NCBI GenBank assembly: GCA_044892505.1
Contig: CM097884.1
Location: 37,882,001 to 37,946,000, forward strand
Length of the DNA stretch: 64,000 bases
Source of the DNA: Schmidtea nova
Taxonomy: Eukaryota
Direction of reading: 5' to 3'
This document shows positions 34,425-48,862 of this stretch, piece after piece. Both the position numbers and the translations under genes were made by a program. Position 1 is the stretch's first letter, and every line of letters begins with the position of its first letter. The notes beneath the pieces were generated by a model. It searched no databases, had not been told where the DNA came from, and worked only from the letters and a program-made list of their open reading frames with translations.

Positions 34425-36807
34425 GTAAGAAATCGTTGCTTAAATTAACAATAATGAAATTATAATAATTCATTTATATTCCTTAATAAGACAATGAAGT
34501 AAGATTTGTTATACACAAATTTTCGGTACAGCGTTTTTAAATTTTGTATAGAATTGAATTTAGATATATTTGATCAATTATCTTAAAATAGGAAAATAAT
34601 TCAAATGATACAATTAATTCAAATGATACAAGTTAAATTTGATGTTAAAATAATTTAATTTCTAAAAGATTTTAACTCAAGAATTTATAATCCTCCTTAA
34701 TTACGCATAATTTAAATCACTGTAATTAAATTTTAAAATAAAATTATAACCAAACTATATATCATTGAAGTAAATAAAATTGTTTATAAATTTAATTATG
34801 AAGCATTTAATTTTGTCTTTTAAAATATTGAGGCTATTCAAAATATTTAACCCTGGCCCGCTCTTGATCTCCACAGCAATTATATTTAATGAAAATAAAA
34901 ATATAACATATTTGCTTTATTGACTGCTTGATGTGTAAAACAGTAAAAAATTCAAATGGTTTCTATAAGAAATGGAATATTGATGCTTAATTTTTCAATA
35001 TGATTTAGGTCAACAAAATTTGATTGTTCGCTGATTTTTATTTATTAATATTTAATAATAGAAATTTTTTTAATTTTCAATGTTTCATGTTTACATATGA
35101 TGTCACTTAACTATATAAAATTTCAAATAAAATTTTCCAGGCAGTACTACAAAATGTAAGCATGCATGAAATGTTGAAAATCACTGAAGATATATCGAAA
35201 GACTAGAATACAAANNNNNNNNNNNNNNNNNNNNNNNNNNNNNNNNNNNNNNNNNNNNNNNNNNNNNNNNNNNNNNNNNNNNNNNNNNNNNNNNNNNNNN
35301 NNNNNNNNNNNNNNNNNNNNNNNNNNNNNNNNNNNNNNNNNNNNNNNNNNNAAAATTGTAATAAGAACACAAAATAAAAATAAGTTAAATTTGTCTGACT
35401 GTCTACATATACCACAGTTAAAACAAATAAATATATTGTAATATTTTAATTTCAATTTATAATATAAAAATTACAATACAAAAAAATGTAGTTTATAGGG
35501 AAATTTTTAGAAAATAATGTTCTTTCAATTTTTCTCAGGGTTTTAAATGAATTATCTTGATAGTGTAATAATTAATTACAATTGCTAAATATTTTGATAA
35601 TTGAAGTGAAATTTTTGTATATTTGTTTTCTTTTTTGTAGTGTAGAATCATTTAAAATCAAAATAATATATTAAGCCTTCATAACAAACCATCATNNNNN
35701 NNNNNNNNNNNNNNNNNNNNNNNNNNNNNNNNNNNNNNNNNNNNNNNNNNNNNNNNNNNNNNNNNNNNNNNNNNNNNNNNNNNNNNNNNNNNNNNNNNNN
35801 NNNNNNNNNNNNNNNNNNNNNNNNNNNNNNNNNNNNNNNNNNNNNNNNNNNNNAAAAATAAGAAATCAAAGACGAAAATAAAACCATATTTCAATAAAAA
35901 TAATTTATTTTATTGAAAACACAGGACAACAATAAGTTTTTTATTCACAACAGAGGAGAATAAAAACACATAATGGGCAACAAAATTATGGCCAAAGTTA
36001 AATTTATTTAGTAGTATCTAGAAGATAAAGTATTTAATAATCGACTCTAGAACATTTAATTAAATTAATAACCTCTTTCATATAACATTCAATAAAGGAT
36101 TTGATAAACAGTCATAAAAATATATGAAATTAGTTGATAAATGTTTACATTTGCTCAGAATTGTGCTTTTGAGCATTAGCAAGCTTTAATGAATTTTAAT
36201 TTCATTGCCTTACATCTATGAAATGTATCCTATGAAAACATATTTGAGTTTTAATTAAATTTGGCTATATTTTTTCTTTTAACAGTGTTTGATAATTAAT
36301 AACAACGTTAATAAAGAGATTTCAGTCTTCCCTTGAAATGGTTCCCTTTAACATGATACATTTTGTAAACGTATTTCTACTAAATATTAGGTACTTTTTT
36401 CTGATTTCGTATGAAGACCTTTGATAACCATAGAATGACTATTAAATTCCAAAATGCTTCTGCTTGTAATAAAAATCTTTCTCGAAATTAACTTGCATTA
36501 ATATGTGTATTCTTTATCTATTAATCTTTCGAACAATAAACAAAAATTATAATAACAAAACGTAAGAATATTAAGACTCATTTTGTATATGAAGTCTGTA
36601 ACTGGAGAATTTGAAAGAACATTTGCATAAACTTCGTAGATTCGACGATTATCAACATTGTCTGATACATTTTATTCCAGTAATTTGTAATGAGGTTCTC
36701 AGAATTTTTTGGGTTTAGTTTGATTCGTCTTCCAGATCTGATTATAATATTCAATTATAACATCGTAAAATTAAGAGGAACAATCCTATGCATTTATACA
36801 CACAAGC

Positions 36808-36839
<32 letters not shown>

Positions 36840-39800
36840 ATTGTAAGTATTGCTATAATAATAAATAATAATGAATTAAAAATATTCGATCTATGTCTGT
36901 AAAGCTAGAAATATGGTCCTCGTTCGTTCGAAGTAAAAAACACTTCATACGAACTCTGCGTCCGATATTAATATTGTCATCAGGAGTTGTTGAATATGAA
37001 TTAGTAGAAGAAAATAGAAAAACAGATTTTAAACGCATCAGCAAATTATGCATTTTAATTGATATATTAAACAAACGTCTGTAATTTTTGAAGGGTTATA
37101 ATACTATTATATTTCATTAACAATAACAAAATTATTTCAACAAATAATTTTAATTAAAAGAATAAATTTTAAAATATAGAAATATGTTACAGTCAGTCCT
37201 ATTTTGAATGTATTTCCCATTTACTTAGTATATAACCAAAGCACTCACTTGACCAATTAATAAATAAATACTATTGTCAACTTATTTACTGTCAAATTTG
37301 AACCGCTTTCTAGAGCAATTATTGTTTCACATTTAATGTGGATTTGTTGCATTATATTTTATAGGAATAATAATTTGGTTTGCAATAAAAATTTGAAGAG
37401 ATTTATTGGTTTGTAACGGTTAGATATAAGTAAAGATTTCCAAGTTCTAGAACCGCGATTTCCGAAGAGTATTTGTCGAATAGAGATGGTAAACTCTAGA
37501 ACCAATTGTCAAATATTTAAGAACACGATACAGAGAAATTATTTCATTCATCTCATTACCATATTGAATTCGATTTGTTTCGTAGACATAATAAGGACGA
37601 CAAATTATAATAATTGACAAATTCCAAAATGATTTTACGGTTAATCTGTTGCATATCAAATAAATATTTTAAAGAAATATAAAATTAACCATTAATGATA
37701 ATTCCACAGACGTTTTGTAGATGAAAACGCAGAAATATAATAATCCACTAAGCAATGTGTCCCACTGAAGACAATACTAATATCTATGGTAAAATAAAAA
37801 TTATTAAGCTCCTAATATTCAGTCCCAATAGTTTGTAACCAACTGCCAAATATTAGGTTTGAAATACCTTTCTTAGATTGAAAGATTTTGAGATTTTGGA
37901 AAGAAACAATGGTTTGTCACACAATCGCACACGTAAAATCAAAATTTACTTTAAAACTGGTGGGACATATGATCTTAGTCAGTAATCCCATATAGGACAA
38001 ATATATCTATGCCTCCCCAACCTATTTTATTTGAAATACAACCATACATGGCTAGATCTAATAAGCCTAAATAACATGCACACACTAAAAACATTTAATT
38101 TTATAAAGTATAAAATTGACAGTCTAATGGTTAACAATCAACTTACATTGTTTACGGTTCAATAAAATTTCCGTTATTATAAAATAAGTTTTTCCAGTGG
38201 GATGCTGAATTTCCAAAAGTGACTTTGAAGAAAACCGACGTTTTTAATTAATTTTCCTTGATTTCATGAGGTATTTCAAGTTTTTTACCGTTTCTGATGA
38301 TTTTATATTTTGCGCAAACAAATGAATGTTGCTTGCAATGATGAATACAGATCTTCATTCTCCTAATGTTTATTTCATTTGAAATGTTTTAATGAAAATT
38401 TGAGTTTTTTAAACATATTTTCCACATGTATTAGAAAAATAATATCAATTAAAACTAAATTGGTTTTCGTGCATTAATACATCAAATAGTACATATTCGT
38501 TTATTTTCAATAAAATTTAAAATTCATTTTTACGTCTTATTTGCTGTACAAAATTCTTTCACCTTTTTTAACTCTTTATATTAACTTCCAATTTCTGTTT
38601 GTTTTCTTGACAAACTTTGGATCGATTTTTAACCCACTTCCCGATATCCAATCGATCTGAAAATTTGCGAGCAGACTTGTTGTGGCCCACAAATTATTCC
38701 ATTGAAAAATTGAAAAATTTTGAAAAATTTTGAAACAATGTGATTTTTCAATTTACTGTTGCCAAGAAACTACCAAACAATAAAACAACAATAAAATTAA
38801 CCGAGAACATGAGAAAAAGAAAGAGTTACATTAAAAACTTGTTTTTATGGGTTCCTTTTTATTATATTCTGATTTATTAGGCTGATGGGTACCTTATATA
38901 TATTTGGAAATTGATCAGAATACAGTAGGAATATAATTATTATTTTTAATTATGAAATTAAACAATAAAGAATCAACTCTTAAAGTGTCTAAAAATTAAT
39001 TAGTTCCTTGAAAAATTAAAAATTTCCAAAAAATATTGATTTTTTGAAATTGCATGCTTTGATGGCACAATATTGAATAAAGTCGACTAATATTGGTGGG
39101 CGAGAGTTGACAGTGTAGAGTAGAGATTGTGTAATATGGGATTTTCTGCTATTTTCTGCGTGTACAAGGCGACATCAAGTATTTCGAAAGTGCAAGTTTA
39201 AAAGAATTCTGAATTTTATTTTATATGAAATATTTTATGATTGTTGTCATGCAAACTGATAAATATAATTAATTTTTTTATATTAACCCATTTGCACCCA
39301 TGGGAGTCAAGTGACGACTCTATTGTTTATATTTGTTATTTGTAATATTTTTAATTTATTTGGCTACCTTTAAGACCTATAGTCGTCATTTGACTACCAC
39401 TGATATTATCAAGTTTATTTCTACAGATATGTAAGCAAAATATTTTTTGGTAATTTTACTTAGTTTTGATGACCAATTAAACCTATTTCTGCAGAAAAAA
39501 ATTTTAAAAAAATCTGANNNNNNNNNNNNNNNNNNNNNNNNNNNNNNNNNNNNNNNNNNNNNNNNNNNNNNNNNNNNNNNNNNNNNNNNNNNNNNNNNNN
39601 NNNNNNNNNNNNNNNNNNNNNNNNNNNNNNNNNNNNNNNNNNNNNNNNNNNNNNNNNNNNNNNNNNNNNNNNNNNNNNNNNNNNNNNNNNNNNNNNNNNN
39701 NNNNNNNNNNNNNNNNNNNNNNNNNNNNNNNNNNNNNNNNNNNNNNNNNNNNNNNNNNNNNNNNNNNNNNNNNNNNNNNNNNNNNNNNNNNNNNNNNNNN

Positions 39801-40627
39801 NNNNNNNNNNNNNNNNNNNNNNNNNNNNNNNNNNNNNNNNNNNNNNNNNNNNNACATAAAATATTTATAATTTCCAGGCATAATAAATTATTCAAAAAAC
39901 ATTTATTGATTTTAAAATTGAAATAATAACGGATTATTATTTTCCTATAAAAATATATTCATAAATGTAACCCTCAATACACCGACATTTCTGTGACATA
40001 GAAATGAGAAACAATTTTTATATAATAATTAATAAAAAATCCTTTTAATTTTCAATGGAACATTTGTAAAAATTTTGCAAAAATTTATTCAAAAATTGTT
40101 TTGAATAAAATTTGTTCGTAAATCGGTTCTACTCATATTTTCAATGAAAACAAAAACTATATTAAATCTGATATTTTCGTTATTTGTTTTGTATAAATAA
40201 GTTTAGATTGTTGAATGAGAGACCGAATATCAGTTTGAAAATGTTTATTTTAGAATCTGATTATCCGACAAAATAATTAATTAAATAATCAATATCACTT
40301 TTAAATATTTTTGTGATATAAATATTTTAATTCAAATTCTGTTTTCAGTCTATTTTATATTTTGATTATACTTTTATCTATAATATTGTTTTTAACTTTA
40401 TTATTATAGCATTGATTTTAGTAATGTAAAATGGGTTAAATTTAATTAAATTAATTTCAATTGATAAAGGCTGTTTCCGAAGTTTGCGTGCTAACCCCAA
40501 CAATATGTAGTCACAAAATGGAATTAAATATTTTCATCAAATTTGCCCAAGTCTGCTAAATTTTTTTATATTCTATAAAACATTTTTTGTGGTCTCAACT
40601 GAGGTTGGAGTCCATACTTCGTTTTAC

Positions 40628-41030
40628 TGATTTCCCGTGTCGAATCAAATTAAACCGCAGATTACACTTCTTGCGATGCCCTTCCGTCAAATCCTTTTCA
40701 TTTCGGCTTTGCAGCCATACATCCCCCGCAACTCAAATACTTTGGTTTCCATTGTGACTTCGAGTAAAATTAATTTAATCATCTTAATAAATGTCAGTTG
40801 GTCAGAACTATGACAGTATCTTTACGTCTTCGATTCTTTGACTTTCATCCTTGATTAATGAAATTATTTTTGGCAAATGCTTTCTCAGTAGATTGTCTTT
40901 TGATGATCTAAAAATTTCACCTCTAACACCAGCATATACACATGTACCCAGACGTCTCTTTTAATCATTACTTTGGTCAAGAAAACTAACAAAATAAAAT
41001 CAAAGTTTTATTTCATTATTCCATGCAACA
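40628..41030 (-). pseudogene. Decayed 18S rRNA fragment in junctophilin intron 2
   Basis: Reverse-complement matches to conserved SSU blocks: TCAAATTAA.CCGCAG, TGCCCTTCCGTCAA, CTTGATTAATGAAA, GGCAAATGCTTTC, AATTTCACCTCTA, CATTATTCCATGC. Confidence 0.85.
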
Positions 41031-41870
41031 TTGTAATAATTTTGATATATCCCATTATTTACCCATGAGATTATACTTTCCAGAAGCAAAATGTCAACTT
41101 GAAAAGTATTAAATACCACAAGGAAAGATTTCTAAGTAATTTTTTGACAGCAAATATTGAGCTCTTGAACCGATAAAAGTGATATAAATCTAATAATATA
41201 TGCTAAGAAACATACAAGATATATACTTTTGTAAATATACAAAAATATTTATACTTACGGTGACCATACGTCCTTTACTTCAGGCTGTCGTCCTTTAGAT
41301 TTATTGATTTTTTAAAGTCACTTTTGTCTATTTCAAGTTTTAAGCTTTTAAAGTCATATAAAACAATATATATTCATTTTTATTAATATTCCCTATTTTA
41401 GATTTTGAATTCAGTAATTTTATTTTTTGTTATCGGAAGAAAATAAAGCGGTATTCCATAACTAATATCTGCAATTTTCATATCTGTAATTTGCTATAAG
41501 GATGAGTATTAAATAAAGTTTTATTCATATTTGCAAAAAATAATTAATTAATTACAATTTGTGTTGTTGACTTCCTTGTTATAAACACTTTCTTATTTTT
41601 TTTGAAATGTTTCATATAAAATCATGGAGACTTCGTTGTTTATTTGTAATATTTTTTTTTTAGTTTATAAGAGAATAATAATATTCAAATTAAGAAAAAA
41701 CTAGTTTTAAATTGAACTTTATTTTTATGTTTTTAATATTATAATCGTACTTATTCTCCATTCATATATGTAGCCAACCAGCGGCTCATTGCAATAAAAT
41801 TTAAGGCTCATGAAACAGTTTAAATATTTTAAAATATACTTAAAATCAAAAGAAAATTAATTAAAGCAAG

Positions 41871-41891
<21 letters not shown>

Positions 41892-41901
<10 letters not shown>

Positions 41902-42257
41902 GATGTATGTTTGCTTGTTTGTTTGTTTGTTTGCTTTTGGTATAACGCTGTTTTCGCTAACTCATAACATTTTCATTTCTTAAGATAGAAAGCTCAAACA
42001 AAGTGTTTTAAAGATATTTTCAGAAGCTTTTCAACGGTATATAGTACATTTTATCTCATTTTTTTGACATTTTTTTATTATACATCTGTCATTTTAAATA
42101 ATAGAAAACTGAAACAAAAAGTATTATAAGCGTCTTTTCAAAAGCTATTCAACGATTTATAATACTACTTTCTACTTTAAAAATTAAATAAATTATTTTA
42201 TCTCAGCTAAAATATATTTATTTAGAAAAAATCCGTCATTTTTTGACGGGTAACACA

Positions 42258-42261
<4 letters not shown>
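41892..42261 (+). mobile_element. Non-autonomous Helitron-like element between TA tracts
   Basis: 5' (TGTT)n tract; 3' hairpin CCGTCA-TTTTT-TGACGG (42233-42249) followed by CTAA (CTRR) end. Confidence 0.55.
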
Positions 42262-42341
<80 letters not shown>

Positions 42342-42344
42342 CAT

Positions 42345-42560
42345 AATTATCTTTTTTCACCTTTGATCTTGTTTTATTATTAATATCAGTAATTTCCATA
42401 ATGAATGACTATAGATCAAAATTTCTTTAAATAAGTACACGATATTTCGGCACAGCCTTTATTAATACACACTTGATAAAGACTGTGCCGAAAGATCGTG
42501 TACTTATTTAAAGAAATTTTGATCTATAGTCATTCATTATGGGAATTAGTGATATTAATT
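42345..42560. mobile_element. Palindromic Penelope-like remnant with hammerhead-like arms
   Basis: GACTATAGATCAAA...TTTCGGCACAGCC / CACACTTGATAAAGACTGTGCCGAAA...TTTGATCTATAGTC. Confidence 0.7.
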
Positions 42561-43559
42561 GAATATAATTTTTATTTGAAAATTTTAGTTTTTGCTTAAG
42601 CTGAAAAATAATTACCAATTGAAAATTAATAAAGAAATTTTCTTAAATATTTGACACAGAAAATAATGAGAATTTTCCAGCGATGAAATTCTCATTTTCA
42701 TCCACGAAAAATTCAAACTATTAACGAAATTAATTCATTAATATTAAAATGTGAAATAATTGATTTTTATTATATATATCAAAGAAAAGAGAAATAGTCA
42801 CTTAATTGGCAGTCATATCTGACGAGGAATCAATGACATTTACCAACAGACTCCATGACTTGGCATCGCTGATTATGGGGAGATCAGCTCAATTTGCGCT
42901 GCTCCTTTAATAAAACCACTGATAAATAATCAGTAGGAGATTTTTCTTTTGGAAACATACATTCATGCTGTTTTTTTGGATTTAATAGTAGTTGGAAAAT
43001 TAGGTTAATATGTTAGCAGTTTGAGATTGATAGCAATTTATTGGAAGAGTCTACAACTATTGCATGCAGTGCTAATATTTATGTAAAATAAATAATAGGA
43101 ATCATTCAGATGCCTAGACAAGGGAGAGGTTTTTTGGTTTACACCACCGTGACAACAGGGCTTGTTGATACCAAATGAATCAAAGTAGGCCAAGATATGA
43201 AATGTCAACGAATAAGGTAGATGATGTTCTAATAATATAACTTTGAAATACTTCTTTCCATCAAAATAATCTGAAGTGTTTTTAATTAATTGTACTTCTG
43301 AATCTTTTAGGGCGTTATCTGCCCAATTAGTAGTGAGACTCTTATAGAAGTAAATAAATGAAATAAACCAAACTGTATATATAGATAAATATAGTAGCAT
43401 TTTTTTTAAATCTGTTATTAATTAAGTAATAAATTTTAGCATTAAACTCAGTATCAGTACTTTTCTCTTTATGAAAGGAAAGACTAGAGAAGAAATCAAC
43501 ACAGTGCTGAGTGTTTTTATGTTAGTGAGTACCCATCAAAAGCAATAACTTATTACTGT

Positions 43560-43900
43560 TACAATTACTTCCAGAGGAGTAAAACCTCTGTTTCTGATGA
43601 AGAAAAGCCACGAAGGCCTTATGAAATCAAAGAAAAGATAACGGAAAACCTGAAAGAAATTGTTCAGACTGAGAAGAAAATTAGAACCAGAGAGCTAGCA
43701 ATGCGTCTGAATGTGAGTAAAAGCACTATTTATACAATACTCAGTAAACCTTGCATATGAAAATAATGCTCTTGCTTTGTGCCACGGTTTTTAACAATTG
43801 AAAATCAAAAATGACGTCTGCAACGCAGCGAAGAGGACTTTCAGATTTTGGACGATGTTGGAGAGTTTTTTGGAAAAGATTATTACCATGGATAAAAACC
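43560..43900 (+). mobile_element. Mariner transposase remnant (HTH region to WVPHEL-like motif)
   Basis: SVSDEEKPRRP, RTRELAMRLNVSKSTIYTIL, FVPRFLT. Confidence 0.65.
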
Positions 43901-44022
43901 ACTAGAAGTGGGATGTGAGCCCGCTGGGCCAAACCCCCAGAGTAAGAGGTACTCGAAAAACGTGAAATTTTGGTATAGCTCTCACAATCCATTTCAGCAA
44001 TTAATACATGAATAGCAATTTC

Positions 44023-44253
44023 TTAATAGTTCTCATCATAACAATCATAATCTACCATATTTGCAACTAAAGTATCATACTTGTTCATCAAGTCTTCAAT
44101 ATTAATTCTTATTATTTCTTGTATTTTACAAACATAAAATTTAGGGGCTTGATATTTTAACATGAATTTAACATTTGGATACAACTCATATAATTTCTTT
44201 AACAAAATCTCCAATAAATCATCTAAAAATAAATTTAATAAATAATATACCAT
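44023..44253 (-). CDS. ORF-X copy (76 aa, open) downstream of TBP-like copy 5
   Basis: MVYYLLNLFLDDLLEILLKKLYELYPNVKFMLKY; homologous to 26034 and 2184 copies in the same position relative to TBP. Confidence 0.45.
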   Translation of the reverse strand: MVYYLLNLFLDDLLEILLKKLYELYPNVKFMLKYQAPKFYVCKIQEIIRINIEDLMNKYDTLVANMVDYDCYDENY

Positions 44254-44307
44254 ATTTCATTTTTTATAAATTAATTAAAATTAATTTTCACTAGTATTTA
44301 CAGTATT

Positions 44308-44753
44308 TTATCAACAGAATAAACTTTTTATATCAGAAATTAATTAATCAACAAACATTTGATATTCTAGACTTTTGATACCTAAAATAACAATATTTTC
44401 ATTTGAAAATATGTTTACACACTTTGGATTATATTTCATATATCGTAAAGCAGGGAGCAATTCAGGTTCAAATATACATGTACATTTTTGTGCTAAATTA
44501 TACAAATCCTTCATCAAATCAAGATTTTATGTTATTGTGATTGATTGAAGTTCAATATTTTCGAATTTTTGTGGCAAATGTTCCATTTCAAATCGGTTTG
44601 TTTACAACATTCTATACGGCATTTCCCTGATCTAACAAATATAATATATTTCCCAGATCAATCCACAAATTGTTGTGGCTTTTTATCGAAAATTTTATTT
44701 TGGAAATAATTTCTTGTGATTCTTTAGCCTTGTAATTAATATTTAATCAACAT
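44308..44753 (-). pseudogene. TBP-like gene copy 5 (decayed)
   Basis: NINYKAK...KKPQQFVD*SGKY..FVRSGKCRI...LQSITIT...CIFEPELLPALRYMKYNPKCVNIFSN.NIVILGIK. Confidence 0.85.
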
Positions 44754-44838
44754 TTCTAAAGGTCTTGTCTGTTAAATTCAAATATATAATTGTTTAGATG
44801 TTATAAACAAAATTAAAACAATTAATCAAACTTATCAT

Positions 44839-45412
44839 ATGGAATTAAAAAATGATGCAATATATCAAATTACTGGTCCCAGTGGTAGTGGATAAACATT
44901 ATTTGTTTGTAAATTACTAGTCTAAATTATTCAAATCAAAATTTGATATGGGTTAATACAATCAAAGTTTTATAATTTTAAAAATATCAGGATTATCAAT
45001 GGATTTGATAAAAATTGGTCAAGTCAATTGAACTAAGATGATGTTATCGTCATTGATGATTAGTATCATAAAGCAAATGAAGAAAAGGATTTTAATAGTT
45101 TATTTTACAAATATTAGTAGACATGTTGGTGTTACAATTATATTTATAATTCAAAACTTATTTAATCAAGGAGGATCACATCGAGCACGTAATTTGAACT
45201 TTCAAAAATCCAAGAGACTCCACGGTTATAGATTATATTGAAAGACAATCTTATCTTAATAATCGAAATTTTCAATAAATGCATTTCAAGATGCTACTAA
45301 AGAAACTTGTGGATAGTTATTTTTAGATTTTAATCAATAATGTCTAGATTAATTACGAGCAAGAACTGATATTTTCAACAAAGATAGAACCATAATTTAT
45401 AAACAAAGTTAA
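44839..45412 (+). pseudogene. Packaging ATPase copy 4 (decayed)
   Basis: MELKNDAIYQITGPSGSG*TLFVCKLL...ISRHVGVTIIFIIQNLFNQGGSHR...RTDIFNK...YKQS*. Confidence 0.85.
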
Positions 45413-45430
45413 ATTAATAATCAAATAATC

Positions 45431-45925
45431 ATGATTTTAAAAGTTCGTATACAATATCCAAAATTGTCAAATAATCAAAAACATTAGCTGTTCCAAATAC
45501 TAGTTATACACCATCGAAAACACTTTTGACAGCAAATTTTCCTCAAATGAATCTAGTTTTTCATAATCAAAACCAGTAAAATCTTCAAAACAAGCAAAGA
45601 ATCATAGTTGTTTTGCATATTTTAATACATTACTAAAGGCACCAAATATGTCAATAAGACTATTTAACAGCTTTTTCCTGATTTTCTTATTAATGATTTA
45701 CTTGATATAATAGTTAATGTAGTCAAAGGTGAGGTTATTTTTAGTGAAGCTAAAAAACATCTATTAGAAAAACGCAAAAGATCATAACTTGATCTTGTAA
45801 ACACAAAAATTCAGAATCCCATGCGAAAAATAATATTTAAACAAAAAGGAAGGTTTATTGCAGCTTTATTACCACTGGAATGATCTTTGCTAGGTAACCG
45901 AGGTTTATTAGGAAAACAGCCATAA
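45431..45925 (+). pseudogene. Polinton basic ORF copy (decayed)
   Basis: Follows the ATPase; C-terminal RKIIFKQKGRFIAALLPL resembles the Q(K/R)GGF..LL motif of small Polinton virion proteins. Confidence 0.5.
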
Positions 45926-45986
45926 ACAATGGGTGCTAATCCTTCATTACCTAATCTTAATTTAAATCCTAAATCTTGTTATTACA

Positions 45987-46336
45987 ATGGCGAAGATATG
46001 GACAAACCTGAAAGACTCAGTCGGTTTCGGTAGAGTCGAAAAACTAAAGAAAAGAGTCTCGTGTTCCAAAAAAGAGACGCACAACTGGTTATCAGGACAA
46101 CTGACAAAACAAATCAATTTTGAAAAGATTTCAAACAAGAGCATATGAAACAGCCTATATCAGCGATTTGTGGCAAATGAACATGATGGAAATGAGTCCA
46201 TATTAAAATATTAACAAAGTTTAAAAGTATATTTTGACATGTATTGACTTCTTCATTCATTTTGCACGTGCGATTCTAACCAAGACAAAGTCTATTAATG
46301 AAATGGCTAAAGCTATAAAATTAATGTTTGCAGATA
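45987..46336 (+). pseudogene. Polinton RVE integrase 5' fragment
   Basis: GFGRVEKL...NWLSGQ...ISDLWQMNMMEM...KYILTCIDFF..FARAI..KTKS..EMAKA matches SFGG.EKL...WL..Q...WQ.DL.DM...KYIL..ID.FSK.A.A.PLK.K. Confidence 0.8.
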
Positions 46337-48862
46337 TATATGCAATCTATTGTAAGAAATATGGGGTATTAAAAAACTAAATTGTGGTATTAATCTTGTT
46401 GATCTTAAAAAGTAGTATCCATTATTTTCCTTTCTTTTGGCTCCTGATTTTGATTTTGTTAGTCGCAACGAAGCTGACGGTCATCTTATTTTGAAAATCA
46501 AAAGTCATGTTTTGTTTACAATTTTTAATAATAATGAGTTGTTTAATTATTTAATTGAATTGAATTCCAATTATTATTTAAACAAACTTTCCATTAATCA
46601 AAATAAACATTTATTTAAATTTCATTTAATTTTTTTTCAAAATAAAATTTCCTAAATTACAATAAAAATTTTATAAAAAATTTCATAAATTTTTATAAAT
46701 TTTTACAAATTTCTCAATTGTTATTTTAATCAATGGACTGCATATCACAGATTTAAATCAACATCAATCACCACAAAGTGGTAGATTATTGATTTAACCA
46801 ATGAACCTTCAAGTAAAGTGTTTTCTTAATAAATTACTTATCATTTTGTTTTATAAACATGTTAATAATGTTTATCTAATAATTGCCTTGTTAAAAAATA
46901 AAAAGAATGAAGCATAAACCAATTTTATCAAAAATACAATCTTTTGATGAATAATATCTTTTCCTAAAGAGAAAAGTCACAAAAATAGAATTAGTGCTCG
47001 ATCGTTTAATTTTTAGTGTAAGTATNNNNNNNNNNNNNNNNNNNNNNNNNNNNNNNNNNNNNNNNNNNNNNNNNNNNNNNNNNNNNNNNNNNNNNNNNNN
47101 NNNNNNNNNNNNNNNNNNNNNNNNNNNNNNNNNNNNNNNNNNNNNNNNNNNNNNNNNNNNNNNNNNNNNNNNNNNNNNNNNNNNNNNNNNNNNNNNNNNN
47201 NNNNNNNNNNNNNNNNNNNNNNNNNNNNNNNNNNNNNNNNNNNNNNNNNNNNNNNNNNNNNNNNNNNNNNNNNNNNNNNNNNNNNNNNNNNNNNNNNNNN
47301 NNNNNNNNNNNNNNNNNNNNNNNNNNNNNNNNTTTTTTGAATTAATTTTTATCATCCTGCTATGTCCTTTTTTTTCCTTTTCCTTCTTTATATTTTATTT
47401 TATTTTTTATTCTTCTTTTATTTTCTGTTTTTTGCATTTTTATTTGATAAATATACAAGTTAAACTTATTGATTATTAGTTGCAATAATTTTAACTAGTT
47501 TTTTCTTTCTTTTAATTCTTTTCATTTTTCTTGAATATTATTTTGTAAAGTTTTGATGCTTAATTGTCTAGAACAAGCTATAAATCTAGTAAGTTCATCA
47601 AGGCAAAGAGTTATAAATCAAGAAATGTAAAGATTTATTTGGGGTGTCTTTGGAGAAAACAAAATTTACGAGAGGAGTCTCTGAGAAAAGAATTGTAGGG
47701 ACTCTAAAAATTTGTTAAAAGGGGGTTTTCTAAAGTTTCACAATTTTCGGGTAGCCCGGGGGTTTGGACCAGTGGGCTCACATCCACTACTATCAGTTGC
47801 ACTATATGTTCCAATTTAAACGGTAATCTGAAGACTAAAAATTACCTGGAAAGGTCTGATTTAAGAAGATGAAGTCGCTAACAAGCGCATATGTTGACTG
47901 TGTTTTTGGATGCCAGTGACATTATTTGTATTAATTAGTATGAAAGTGGGTTTTGAATTTACAGCTGAGACTATTTCAGTACCGTCTAGCTTACTTGTGT
48001 CTAAGACGGGTCTGACTACAAACGTAAATAATAAAAAATGTTATTTACAACCCATCTATATTTTGGAATCACTTTAGAAATATTTTGTGTCATAGCAGAA
48101 TGTCATTAAGATTTCATATGACAGGAATTAGGACATGTTTGTGAAGTTGTCAGTCCGGAAACTTTGTCAAGAATCGCAACTCAGAGATATAGAGATAGCT
48201 TTTATATTTATAAATTTATTTTCATAATATGTTCGTATTAGAAATTTGTTTTATTATATTCATAAAGAATCAAGGAAATTATTGACTGCTCATCAAAGAA
48301 ATAACATAATATATTGGTTAATAATTGTTGAATAATAAATAAATATTTATAAAATCAATAATAAATGTCAAAATTTCAGTTTGACTTATAATCATAAATT
48401 TTATATTTTTTTATATTGCCGACAAATAATTTCAAAATTCTTTGATTTTCAGAAACGGCATAAATAAATTGACCAATTTTTATATATTTGTTTAACACTT
48501 GACAAAGACTAACAAATTTAAAATAATGATCAAAATATTATTAGAAAAAACCGAACGGAAAATAAATTGAAATTTCTTTGTATTCAATTAAAATGGTGAG
48601 AAATATTGAAACATTTTACCCAATGAAATCAAATATAAATTATAAAAATTGTCATTTGTCATCATTTGTTCAGTGCTCATTATTTATGTATGATGCAGAT
48701 TATAAAATAAAAGTATAAAATAACAATTGATTGAACATAAAATTTAATTTCATGTATTTTAATTTAACAACATCTACACAAAATATGGCATCCGTCATAT
48801 ATGCAAATAAAATCTGAATCAGAGAAATCTGTGATTAATATGACACCGATTTTTCACTTTAG

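Noticed and set aside
38630-39320. TTAACCC piggyBac-like ends (also 34847) and possible pogo/hAT debris at 52.4-54.1 kb and 56.5 kb
   Set aside because: Could not pair termini or recognise catalytic motifs with confidence
42800-42910. Possible snRNA or structured RNA
   Set aside because: No convincing match to U1, U4, U6 or SL RNA from memory
43038-43400. 120-aa minus-strand ORF in junctophilin intron
   Set aside because: No recognisable motif or splice support; left unannotated
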